A stretch of DNA of 64,000 nucleotides from an uncultured Candidatus Saccharibacteria bacterium (GTDB taxonomy: Bacteria > Patescibacteriota > Minisyncoccia > Phycocordibacterales > UBA9973), in contig CAYRQJ010000001.1 of NCBI GenBank assembly GCA_964426555.1, positions 117,633 through 181,632 on the forward strand, written 5' to 3'. The notes under the pieces were generated by a model. It was not told where the DNA came from and ran no database searches. It saw nothing but the letters and a program-made list of their open reading frames with translations. The translations under genes were made by a program, and so were the position numbers. The first letter of the stretch is position 1. Each line of letters starts with the position of its first letter. Below, in pieces: positions 29,401 through 37,771 of this stretch.

Positions 29401-30430
29401 AGAAGAATTTGTTAAAATGTTAGAGTGGAATAAAAATTTAGCAGAAAAACTAAAAGAACGCAAGGCGGATAAGGATACAGAGAAGGAAGGTTTAGAAACT
29501 GAAGCTAAGGATAAAAAAGCATTTATAGAAGAAAGAGATGCAGCTTTAAAAAATAGTGAGAAAAGTAAAAAAGATGCAGACGAAAGAGTAGGTGATTTTG
29601 AAAAATTACAAGATCTTTTAGCTAGAAGAACCGACTTTGTTTCAACAGGTAAACCAGTAACAGAAATTGATGTTCAAATTGGTAGAATAGAGGCAAAGTT
29701 AAGTGGTGGTCGTGGAAGTTTAAGTACTATTGACCCAACAACTAATACAAGGACAGTAAACGCTGTATTTGGAGCATTAAAAACAAATGCTGACGCTGAA
29801 AAAGTTAGAGCAAAGAGAGCAAAAGATGTTAATCAAGGCAGACTAGATATTGCTAAACAATCATTAAAAGAGAATAATGATGCAATAAGAAGTTTGGATA
29901 AAGAAATATCCGCACTTACTAAAGCAATTGAAAATGTAAAAAATAACCGTAAAAATGGTTATGCTCATATGATACGAAACAAATCTGGTCATATATTCCA
30001 TAAAGATACTTACACAGAAAAATATAACCACGGACACAAAACACCATTAAACGCTGCTGAAATGGCAAAATTTACTTCAACTTTTGGAACTCTTAGTGGG
30101 GATATGGCAAACATTATAACAAGAGTTGACGAGCATTCACATGAAGCAAATAATAAATTTAAAGCAAAAGTATTATCAGTAAATACAGCACTGGGGTTAT
30201 TAGCAGGAGCATTTACTGGTGGGGCAGGTGCTATTGCAGCCGGAATAGCTGCTGGGGGGCTAGTTGGAATATCTCGTACATACCAACCAGGTAACGAACA
30301 TTATGGCGTCGCACATGATCCAGCTGCTTGGCACCCACACCCTCATGATAATTATCACCCACCTACCGGTGGAGGAGGTGGCGGCGGAGGTGGCGGAGGT
30401 GGCGGAGGCCACGATAGTCACGGACACTAA
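26435..30430 (+). CDS. VirB6/TrbL-like polytopic giant protein of the T4SS-like locus
   Basis: Signal peptide, ~550-aa extracytoplasmic domain, central block of ~7 TM helices, coiled-coil Lys/Glu-rich region, Gly/Ala-rich segment, and the tail PPTGGGGGGGGGGGGGGHDSHGH. Confidence 0.55.
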   Translation: MLKYKHNMKRKAFGVIATFLVMFQMFSPWGIQINKNGVSVKENTVLAAEPLDHGVIALLKEGTKDGQINLTILSDPLYKYDEFEVKVLSGTTVQTEMFKGAPTDKSITRNEVGVVGFDKDGSQARLYLRIDYEIKNSKFKTSMLTDVADPKIAVRVPYYEALNPTNKKDAWNYIGPTNTDITDIEENGTTFISASEASGNNFKLKWGVLSSKSSSTNLILPMPSTLNGADDDSIACTGGLKTLETKKKLRFAQNNKDYPIYEHSCSNLIDITKTLPKKENGVSKYVANFDKTSWYKNISLNFNFPFTGKLHSFYLYNNPDDISTDLRGTCDLEWCFQDFQITKLEAVKDENGTPALAADVSIFLDDKEIDDFNPFEDVGDEPGKLDSKDRPNSWEGWLLEKRVDSRDPSVGGGLSNDKDTSRGFWLIYSKDKDTLSDGIGNREVINLGDYLFGGDKVPISPVVVKKQNGLAFKVLIPAELGKTYYAKLYSYRIDKDNYIKNEKANSTTKSYTMPATVEEITQTARDGAIIENGQEKELVADPAWLPACGLGFWPAEDGSITGCAIQIFYYLVFVPTAYLLAAAGTVLDWILVYAISPVAYKAQYIVDSWKFVRDVCNLFFIFMMIYLAFKLILSIGHHTKQLIVNTLIIAAVINFSYPLTTVIIDVSNITARQLYYNSFPKEDTLNGKPYGLSSTVSKGYNPQQIVIDGLDKNSNDLKDTKENNKGTIFMILLMGVIFNIIAMIIFLKIALLFIYRILGLVFAIILSPFAVFSFSMDKEQRSKLKMVGFDTWLSGLLQDAFKAPVFLFFMLIMVLFIKHNPFKAAFGSDVNGLEWWASLIIPFMLLVGFLSLIHSITKSMSSSLAEMAGGVVMKGIGAVAGVAAGGLALAGSGLIGKGMTKLAGSGMGQRIMDRAATGKGLGGFIARQQAKAIRGMQAGSFDLRQNGVANAVSKATGMNFNLGASMIGLGTAKTAGGFVESVERKNKKREEFVKMLEWNKNLAEKLKERKADKDTEKEGLETEAKDKKAFIEERDAALKNSEKSKKDADERVGDFEKLQDLLARRTDFVSTGKPVTEIDVQIGRIEAKLSGGRGSLSTIDPTTNTRTVNAVFGALKTNADAEKVRAKRAKDVNQGRLDIAKQSLKENNDAIRSLDKEISALTKAIENVKNNRKNGYAHMIRNKSGHIFHKDTYTEKYNHGHKTPLNAAEMAKFTSTFGTLSGDMANIITRVDEHSHEANNKFKAKVLSVNTALGLLAGAFTGGAGAIAAGIAAGGLVGISRTYQPGNEHYGVAHDPAAWHPHPHDNYHPPTGGGGGGGGGGGGGGHDSHGH

Positions 30431-30443
30431 TAAATAAATTTAT

Positions 30444-31190
30444 ATGGATGAAGAAGAAAACATACAATTAGACGAACAAGCTCAAGCAGAATCAATGAGA
30501 GATGCTATTCATGAAAGAATTGCTTCTCTTGATGCACCAGTTCGTAATTTACTGCTTAGTGATGATTATGTATTAAAGCTAAGAGACATGGTGACTAAAT
30601 ATAGCTTAGACGCAACAAACACTCAAAATCTTGAAGAGATTACTACAAATTATTTACTTGGGGTGATTCGTCCAGAAGAATTAGAACAAACATATAGAGA
30701 AGGTTTATCTAGTTTAACGAAAGATAATATAAATTCTATCTATACAGAAATAAAAAACAATATTTTAAATTCTGTATGGCAAACAATAATAGATGCTTGG
30801 GCTGAAGATGACGAAAACGAACAAATTTATAATGAACTTCTAGAAATGGACGAGATTCCACTACCACCTAATCAACAAAAAGATGGGTCAAAGACATTGG
30901 GGGACAAAGTAAACAAAGAAATAATTAGAAATACAGAATTAGAATTACAGAAAAAACAAGAACAAGTTGAAATAACCCCAGAAATTAAACCTTCAGGGAT
31001 TATAACCAACGAAGAATTAGTAAAAAAGATTAGCGAAGAAAAAAGTGTAGAAAAATCAGCTTGGGATAAAAAAGCTGACGACGTAGATGCAAATAACAAT
31101 GCAACAGTAACTAGTAGAAACAATGTGGACACCAGCTTACCAAAAATATCTCTAAAAAGTTCGGATCCATACAAAGAAACCATAGAATAA
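30444..31190 (+). CDS. Acidic hypothetical protein
   Basis: 248 aa, Glu/Asp-rich, no TM. Confidence 0.45.
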   Translation: MDEEENIQLDEQAQAESMRDAIHERIASLDAPVRNLLLSDDYVLKLRDMVTKYSLDATNTQNLEEITTNYLLGVIRPEELEQTYREGLSSLTKDNINSIYTEIKNNILNSVWQTIIDAWAEDDENEQIYNELLEMDEIPLPPNQQKDGSKTLGDKVNKEIIRNTELELQKKQEQVEITPEIKPSGIITNEELVKKISEEKSVEKSAWDKKADDVDANNNATVTSRNNVDTSLPKISLKSSDPYKETIE

Positions 31191-31214
31191 TCCCGCAATG
31201 CGGGGTTATTTTTA
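31190..31214. terminator. Rho-independent terminator
   Basis: cccgcaatgcgggg plus T-run. Confidence 0.55.
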
Positions 31215-31281
31215 TACAACATTTTATATAATACTAGTTAAAATGTTATTAATAAAATTTTATATGCTATAATTATTTTAT

Positions 31282-31710
31282 ATGCAATTCCAAATGCCAA
31301 GATTTTTGGACATTGAAGACAAAGTCATTGGGCCTTTGACTTTTAAACAATTCATATTTTTGGGTGGAGGTTTTGGTTTGGCATATGTGTCATACAAATA
31401 CTTGGGTTGGACATGGGGTTTTCCTTTGATTGGACTATTTTTATTCCTGGGAATAAGTTTGTCTTTTTGGAAACCAAACAGTCGTCCAGCAATTGTAATG
31501 TTTCAAGCTTTTTTAAAGCATTACACAAAAAACCATATGTATGTTTGGAAACGCCCTACAAAAGCTGAAAGAATTAAAAAAGAAGAAAAGAAAGACGAGG
31601 GTACAAATATACAAAACAAAGACATAAATAAAAATAAAATTGAAGCATTAGCATGGAGTCTAGATGTAATGGATAGAGTTGGATCGGGAATTAAAAAGGA
31701 AGAAAATTAA
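31282..31710 (+). CDS. Small two-TM protein, VirB3/PrgI-like (by position and topology)
   Basis: Two adjacent TM helices, and the gene sits directly upstream of VirB4. Confidence 0.4.
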   Translation: MQFQMPRFLDIEDKVIGPLTFKQFIFLGGGFGLAYVSYKYLGWTWGFPLIGLFLFLGISLSFWKPNSRPAIVMFQAFLKHYTKNHMYVWKRPTKAERIKKEEKKDEGTNIQNKDINKNKIEALAWSLDVMDRVGSGIKKEEN

Positions 31711-31711
31711 C

Positions 31712-32368
31712 ATGGCAATTAACGCACCTAAAAGTCAAGAATTTATACCTATAGAAAAAATCCGCGATGGTGTGGTTATACTTAAAGATGGGTCATACCG
31801 CAGTGTACTGTTGTGTACTGCTATTAATTTTACATTGCGGTCTGAAGACGAACAAAAAGCTATTCTTTCTCAATTTCAGTCATTTTTAAACTCACTGGAT
31901 TTCTCTGTACAAGTAGTAATTCAGTCTCGTAAATTTGATATAAGACCTTATTTAATAACACTGGAAGACAGATTAGATAAAATAGAAGAACCATTACTAA
32001 AATTCCAAACAAAAGAATACATAGAATTTATTCGCGAACTTACTAGCTCGGTAAATATAATGTCAAAACATTTTTATGTTGTTGTGCCATATTCCGAAGC
32101 AGTACTGGAAACTGCCGGGGCTTTTCAAAAATTATTTGGTGGAGTAGGTGGTTTAAAGAAAAAAGAAACATTTGAAGAAGCCGACTGGAACGAAAAAAGA
32201 AACCAGCTTGAACAAAGACTGGGAATTGTGGTATCTGGTTTGGGAAGATGTGGTGTTCGTAGTGAAGCATTAGATACCCAAGGTTTGATCGAATTGTATT
32301 ACAAGACTTTTAACCCTGGCGACGCAGCACAACATGTGCCAAAGCAAGCGATTGATGAATCCCGTTAG
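31712..32368 (+). CDS. virB4: VirB4-like ATPase, N-terminal segment (the gene is split by an inserted element)
   Basis: IPIEKIRDGVVILKDGSYRSVL... matches the VirB4/TrbE N-terminal pattern. It ends at a TAG inside the element's inverted repeat. The start was set at the ATG immediately after the upstream stop. Confidence 0.55.
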   Translation: MAINAPKSQEFIPIEKIRDGVVILKDGSYRSVLLCTAINFTLRSEDEQKAILSQFQSFLNSLDFSVQVVIQSRKFDIRPYLITLEDRLDKIEEPLLKFQTKEYIEFIRELTSSVNIMSKHFYVVVPYSEAVLETAGAFQKLFGGVGGLKKKETFEEADWNEKRNQLEQRLGIVVSGLGRCGVRSEALDTQGLIELYYKTFNPGDAAQHVPKQAIDESR

Positions 32369-32480
32369 AAGCCACGATCACAATTATGGTATTATTATAA
32401 TGATATGAGATATATGAAAGAGTTTAGTAAGTTTAATTTTATGCAAAATTGCGATTGTATCGTGATCTGCTTCTAACGGG
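32361..32480. mobile_element. MITE-like element copy 2, inserted inside virB4
   Basis: TIR CCCGTTAGAAGC (32361-32372) and GCTTCTAACGGG (32469-32480). Flanks are atgaat / atgggt. The upstream ORF stops in the TAG of the left TIR, and the downstream ORF starts at the ATG immediately after the right TIR. Confidence 0.55.
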
Positions 32481-34298
32481 ATGGGTATATTTTCAGGATT
32501 ATTTGGTGGTAATAAAAGGGAAGATTTAAACGATCTTGGATCTCTTTCTGTTCGCCCGGAAGATATTTACACTTCTGCTCAACTTGAACTACAAGACATT
32601 ATTGCTCCATCTGCATTACAAATAATGCCAACAGCGCTGAATTTGGGGGATATGATAGTGCGTTCATTTTATGTTGTGGGTTACCCCAGTATTCTTACAG
32701 ACAATTGGTTAACTCCTATTATTAATCTGGACCGAGTTTTTGATATTGCTATAAACATAAACCCAATTGATACTGGTAAAATTTTAATCCAATTCCAAAG
32801 AAAAGTTGCCGAAGTCCAAAGCCAAATCTCTGAGCGAGAAAGTAAAGGAATGGTTCGTGACCCAATGCTAGAAGCAGCGTATAGAGATTTAGAACAATTA
32901 CGTGATGGGCTACAACAAGCCCAAGAGCGAATGTTTGAAGTTGGGTTATACATTAGTATATATGCGCAAAACGAAACCGAATTATTCAAAGCTGAAAATG
33001 AAATAAAGGGTCAATTAGATTCTCAAATGGTTTTTCTAAAACCGGCAACATTCCAGCAAGACACAGCATTCCTGTCTAGTGTGCCAACTGGCGTAGACGA
33101 TTTAAAGGTTGTTCAAAAAATGAATACTGAACCATTAAGTAGTACTTTTCCTTTTGTATCTTTTGATTTAACAGGCAACAAAGGAATATTGTATGGTATT
33201 AACCAACATAATAATTCATTAATTATTTTTGACCGTTTTTCTTTAGAAAACTATAACTCGGTAACTTTTGCAAAATCTGGGTCTGGTAAATCTTTTGCTA
33301 CAAAGTTGGAAATTTTAAGATCTTTAATGTTTGATACCGAAGTAATCGTAATTGACCCAGAAAAAGAATACGAATATTTGTCTGATGCAGTAGGCGGAAG
33401 ATATTTTGATATTTCTCTTTCTTCTGACCACCATATTAATCCTTTTGATTTACCGGTACCAACAAAAGACGAAACAGCAGGGGACGTATTGCGTCAAAAC
33501 ACAATTAATCTTGTGGGGCTATTTCGTGTAATGCTGGGCGGGCTAACTCCTGAAGAAGATGCAATAATCGACCGCGCAATTACTGAAACTTATGCATTAA
33601 AAGACATTACCGTAGATTCAGATTTTACAAATTTAGAACCACCACTATTGTCTGACTTTGCTGTAGTACTGGCTGGTATGGACGGGACACAGTCTATCCA
33701 AACAAAGTTGGAAAAATATACAACCGGATCTTGGTCTGGGTTTTTAAACAAACCAAGTAATGTAGACATCAACCGTAAATTCGTAGTTTTTTCTATTCGA
33801 GATATGGAAGACGAACTAAAGCCAGTGGCAATGTATATTGTTACTCACTTTATTTGGAACGAAGTAAGAAAGAATTTAAGAAAGCGTTTAATGGTGGTAG
33901 ACGAAGCGTGGTGGATGATGAAAAATGAAGACACTGCTAGCTTCTTATATAGTATTGCAAAGCGTGGGCGTAAATATTATCTTGGTTTAGCTACAATTAC
34001 TCAAGACGTAGAAGATTTCTTAAAATCTCCTTATGGTAGACCAATATTGTCTAACTCTTCAATGCAACTATTGTTAAAACAATCGCCAACATCTATAGAT
34101 ATGTTAAAAGAGTCTTTTAATTTAACAGACTCTGAAAAATACACACTACTTGAAGCAAATGTAGGGGAAGGTATTTTCTTTGCTGGATTAAAACATGTAG
34201 CAATTAAAATTATTGCTTCTTATACTGAAGAACAAATTATCACATCTGACCCAGCCCAAGTATTGGCTATCCAAGCAGCAAAAGCTCAAGGTAAATAA
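32481..34298 (+). CDS. virB4: VirB4-like ATPase, C-terminal segment (Walker A/B)
   Basis: Walker A FAKSGSGKSFAT and Walker B MVVDEAWWMM (DEAW), typical of VirB4/TraC. Confidence 0.8.
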   Translation: MGIFSGLFGGNKREDLNDLGSLSVRPEDIYTSAQLELQDIIAPSALQIMPTALNLGDMIVRSFYVVGYPSILTDNWLTPIINLDRVFDIAININPIDTGKILIQFQRKVAEVQSQISERESKGMVRDPMLEAAYRDLEQLRDGLQQAQERMFEVGLYISIYAQNETELFKAENEIKGQLDSQMVFLKPATFQQDTAFLSSVPTGVDDLKVVQKMNTEPLSSTFPFVSFDLTGNKGILYGINQHNNSLIIFDRFSLENYNSVTFAKSGSGKSFATKLEILRSLMFDTEVIVIDPEKEYEYLSDAVGGRYFDISLSSDHHINPFDLPVPTKDETAGDVLRQNTINLVGLFRVMLGGLTPEEDAIIDRAITETYALKDITVDSDFTNLEPPLLSDFAVVLAGMDGTQSIQTKLEKYTTGSWSGFLNKPSNVDINRKFVVFSIRDMEDELKPVAMYIVTHFIWNEVRKNLRKRLMVVDEAWWMMKNEDTASFLYSIAKRGRKYYLGLATITQDVEDFLKSPYGRPILSNSSMQLLLKQSPTSIDMLKESFNLTDSEKYTLLEANVGEGIFFAGLKHVAIKIIASYTEEQIITSDPAQVLAIQAAKAQGK

Positions 34299-34322
34299 AT
34301 AAAGCTGTGATATAATAATTAG

Positions 34323-35267
34323 ATGAAAAGGCTTTTTGTAATGCTTTTTATGTTATCTAGTTTTTTAATTACTAACTCAAATGTATTTGGGCAAACTTCT
34401 AGCGCCGAACCAAATATAGACATTATAGCCAGCCCTAATGACCCAGAACCGGGGGAAGAAATCACAATTAGTCTTAGTAGTTACGAAATAGATTTGGGAT
34501 TAGCTTATATAAAATGGGCTGGAGAAAACAACACAAAAGAAGGTTATGGGGAAACAGAATTTACAGTAAACGCACCTAACAACGACAATGATTCATATAC
34601 TGCCCGAGCTTTTATAAAAACCAGTGATGGACAAAATATAGAAAAATCTATTACTGTATATACAAATACATATGATTTAATTTGGGAAGCCGTTGATACA
34701 AAATATCCTCCATTTTATGCTGGTAAAAAGTTACCAATTAAAGAAAATACGCTAAGAGTATCACTACTACGACCAACAACAAGTAAACAATATTCTTTTA
34801 AGTGGCAAAGAAATGGTAAAAGCATTACTGGTAAAGGTGGGATGCTTAACCCATGTGTAGAATTTGATAATACGGAAATTCAAAACAAAGAAAATGTTTC
34901 TGTAAAAATATCTAATGGTACAAACCAAGCTGAAAGAAATATTGATATACCATTAAACAAACAAAGAGTTTTGTTTTACGAATACATTCCACAATTTGGA
35001 TTAAACACAAATAATGCTTTGAATAAAAATTCAATTGGGTACGACGGCACAGTATCAGTACTGGGGTTGCCTTTAGGGTTAAGCAATAATGCAAAGACTG
35101 AATTTAGTTGGAATTTATCTGGAGATGATGTAAATAGTCAAGAAAATCCTTTTTTACTTTCTTTTGGTAAACCTGAAGGCAAGGGAGTTGTTAAAATAAC
35201 TGTAAGAATAGAAAATTTAAAATCTCTTTATCAAGAATTTAAAGGTGTTTTAAATTTAGAATTTTAA
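34323..35267 (+). CDS. Secreted hypothetical protein of the T4SS-like locus
   Basis: Signal peptide MKRLFVMLFMLSSFLITNSNVFG. Confidence 0.5.
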   Translation: MKRLFVMLFMLSSFLITNSNVFGQTSSAEPNIDIIASPNDPEPGEEITISLSSYEIDLGLAYIKWAGENNTKEGYGETEFTVNAPNNDNDSYTARAFIKTSDGQNIEKSITVYTNTYDLIWEAVDTKYPPFYAGKKLPIKENTLRVSLLRPTTSKQYSFKWQRNGKSITGKGGMLNPCVEFDNTEIQNKENVSVKISNGTNQAERNIDIPLNKQRVLFYEYIPQFGLNTNNALNKNSIGYDGTVSVLGLPLGLSNNAKTEFSWNLSGDDVNSQENPFLLSFGKPEGKGVVKITVRIENLKSLYQEFKGVLNLEF

Positions 35268-35367
35268 TATGAATCCGCCAAAACTTTTCATTTTAAATAA
35301 ACAAAAGTTTAGGAGGATGAATCCGCCAAAAATTTTTATTTGGTATTAATAATAAATTAAACTTTTC

Positions 35368-36450
35368 ATGAAAAAACTAAGAAAAATTAGGCGGATGAAT
35401 TTAAAAAAATTATTTACAATCATTTTTATACTAACTAGTATTGTTTTTTTGGGGAACATTACACATGCTGAAGAATTACCAACCGCCAAAACATACACCG
35501 AGCAAACCGGAATAGACGCATCTGCTGGTAGCTATGAACTAATCAGCCCAATAGGGAACTTAAGTAAAATACCAGATGTTAGTGATAATGGATTCTCTGA
35601 CTTTGTTAATCTACTTATTCGTATAGCTATAGCATTAGCAGGGGCTATAGCTGTAGTAATGCTAATAATAGGCGGTATACAGTATATGGGTACCGATAGT
35701 GTATGGGAGAAGGGGGAAAGTAGAAGTAGAATGACCAGTGCTATTATTGGTTTAGTGTTGTTATTAACATCTTATTTTATATTGTTTAATATTAATCCAG
35801 ATTTGGTAAATATTCGTATAGGGGGTCTGCGGGTTAGTGAAGAAGAGTGGGAAAAAGTAGAATTTGATAAAGGAGTAAGACCCTGGATAGGTTCTACTCC
35901 GGTAGATATAAGCAAAGCTTCAGAAAAAAATATTATTCAAAGCAATATTACTACTTATGATGTATCTTTAAAAAAAGCAGCAGTAGCAACAGGGTTATCT
36001 TGTACAGATTTAAAGGCTTTTGCTTTTGTGGAAACAGGTTTCGACAAAGATGTTGTTAATGGAACAAAAACTAGTAGTAGTGGAGCTGCTGGTCTTATGG
36101 CTTTAATGCCAGCTACGGGGAAAAATTATGGATGTAATACTGCTGCTGAACTAAGTGACCCTGAAAAAAGTGCTCTTTGCGGCGCAAAGTTTTTAAAAGA
36201 ATTAAAAACAAAAGCATGTAATGGTGCTGAAAAAAACGATGTTTGTAATACCACAGACACAAAATATATAAGTGCGGCTTATAACGGTGGCCCTGGGGTT
36301 AATGCTCAATCTAAAGACTGTCCAAATGAAAAAGTTACTCGCTGGCAGTGTCACACAAACCAGGGTGGATTAAAAGAAACAGAGTACTATACTGTTAAAA
36401 TAGCTGCAAATCAAGAACAACTAAAGAAAAAAGGGTGGGGTTGTGACTAA
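35368..36450 (+). CDS. VirB2/TrbC-like two-TM pilin module fused to an SLT-domain lytic transglycosylase (VirB1-like)
   Basis: Signal peptide, then FVNLLIRIAIALAGAIAVVMLIIGGIQYMG...RMTSAIIGLVLLLTSYFIL (two helices, VirB2-like pattern). C-terminal SLT motifs ETGF, AAGLMALMPATG and AYNGG. Confidence 0.7.
   Translation: MKKLRKIRRMNLKKLFTIIFILTSIVFLGNITHAEELPTAKTYTEQTGIDASAGSYELISPIGNLSKIPDVSDNGFSDFVNLLIRIAIALAGAIAVVMLIIGGIQYMGTDSVWEKGESRSRMTSAIIGLVLLLTSYFILFNINPDLVNIRIGGLRVSEEEWEKVEFDKGVRPWIGSTPVDISKASEKNIIQSNITTYDVSLKKAAVATGLSCTDLKAFAFVETGFDKDVVNGTKTSSSGAAGLMALMPATGKNYGCNTAAELSDPEKSALCGAKFLKELKTKACNGAEKNDVCNTTDTKYISAAYNGGPGVNAQSKDCPNEKVTRWQCHTNQGGLKETEYYTVKIAANQEQLKKKGWGCD
35500..35827. repeat. 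327-bp repeat, identical by eye (copy A), encoding the pilin-like module
   Basis: Same sequence as 38571-38898, as far as I can check by eye. Confidence 0.85.
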
Positions 36451-36520
36451 TATTTCTTTGTTTGATTAGTTTTATAAAAAATAAATAGTTTTTATAAAAG
36501 ATAAATGTTAAAATGTTTAT

Positions 36521-37771
36521 ATGCACAAGGGGCAAATGCTTCGAATATCTTTGTTTATCCTTATCTTAGGGATGGGAGCTTTTTTGATAATTAGAAACAT
36601 TACGCTAAAAAAACAACTAAAAAATGGAGAAATTGCGGAAATAAAACCCCGGGATTTTTTGCCGTTTGGAGACAAAGCAAAAGATTTTTTTAATAATGCA
36701 ATAGACAAAGTAACCGGTAACGAAGAAAACGACAATCAGCAAAATCAAGAAAATAAGCTTAGATTAAACAAGGTTTCTGCCGATGTTGCTGGTAGCGCAG
36801 TAGTAATAATAGACGACGAAATTGCAGGGCCAGTTGGAACAGATAAAAATGGTAATAACATATACGACAAAATTACTGCTGTGCAATATGTATTAAAGGA
36901 AAACGGATTTGTTTATAGCTATATCCCAAAATACAAAAAAAGTTATTTAATTTCAGAAACAAAAATTCCACACATTCAAAATGCTAAAATTTCAGATGAT
37001 GGAAATATTGTTTTATTTCAATATTTAGATTCAGATTTAAGTACTGAAAAATCTGTATTGGGTAAACTGGGGGACAGTGCTGTAAAAATTCTTCCGGACA
37101 ATATAATATCTTACGATATGAATCAAAGTGGTGATTTTGTTTATGTAAAAAAATCAAAAACAGGGTCAATTATTTCTTTAATTAATAATTTTGGGAATGA
37201 AGTAAATTTATATGTATCAACAGTCACAGAATGGAATGTAAAATTTATTAATAATAATGAATTATTACTAACTACAAAAGCATCAGAATATTTTAATGGG
37301 GTTTCTTATGTTTATAATATAAGATCAAAATCAATGACTCGTTTATGGGGAGGATTTTCTGGACTAACTACAAATATTTCCAGTGGTGGTAATTATATAT
37401 TACGAGCAGTTACAGAGCAGTCTGGACCAAAGCTTGCACTGTATGACAATAAAACTAAATCAGTTTTTGATTTAAACAAGCTGGGCATGGTTGAAAAGTG
37501 TGCTTTTAGTAAAGACGAAACAATTTTAGTATGTGCACTACCAAAAGAATTTCAGAATATGGCATATCCAGATAGTTGGTATTTAGGAGAAATCTCAACT
37601 AAAGATAATTTTATAAAATATACTACATTAAACAAAAACGAAACTATTCTTCCTGGTTTTAATGATATTACAGAAGATTTTGATGTAATAAATCTAAACA
37701 TTAGTAACACTGGAGACATTATGTCTTTTATCAACAAAAAAGATTCGTCTCTTTGGGTATATGAAGAATAA
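36521..37771 (+). CDS. Membrane-anchored hypothetical protein (N-terminal TM, large extracytoplasmic domain)
   Basis: N-terminal TM LRISLFILILGMGAFLII, no motif found. Confidence 0.45.
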   Translation: MHKGQMLRISLFILILGMGAFLIIRNITLKKQLKNGEIAEIKPRDFLPFGDKAKDFFNNAIDKVTGNEENDNQQNQENKLRLNKVSADVAGSAVVIIDDEIAGPVGTDKNGNNIYDKITAVQYVLKENGFVYSYIPKYKKSYLISETKIPHIQNAKISDDGNIVLFQYLDSDLSTEKSVLGKLGDSAVKILPDNIISYDMNQSGDFVYVKKSKTGSIISLINNFGNEVNLYVSTVTEWNVKFINNNELLLTTKASEYFNGVSYVYNIRSKSMTRLWGGFSGLTTNISSGGNYILRAVTEQSGPKLALYDNKTKSVFDLNKLGMVEKCAFSKDETILVCALPKEFQNMAYPDSWYLGEISTKDNFIKYTTLNKNETILPGFNDITEDFDVINLNISNTGDIMSFINKKDSSLWVYEE

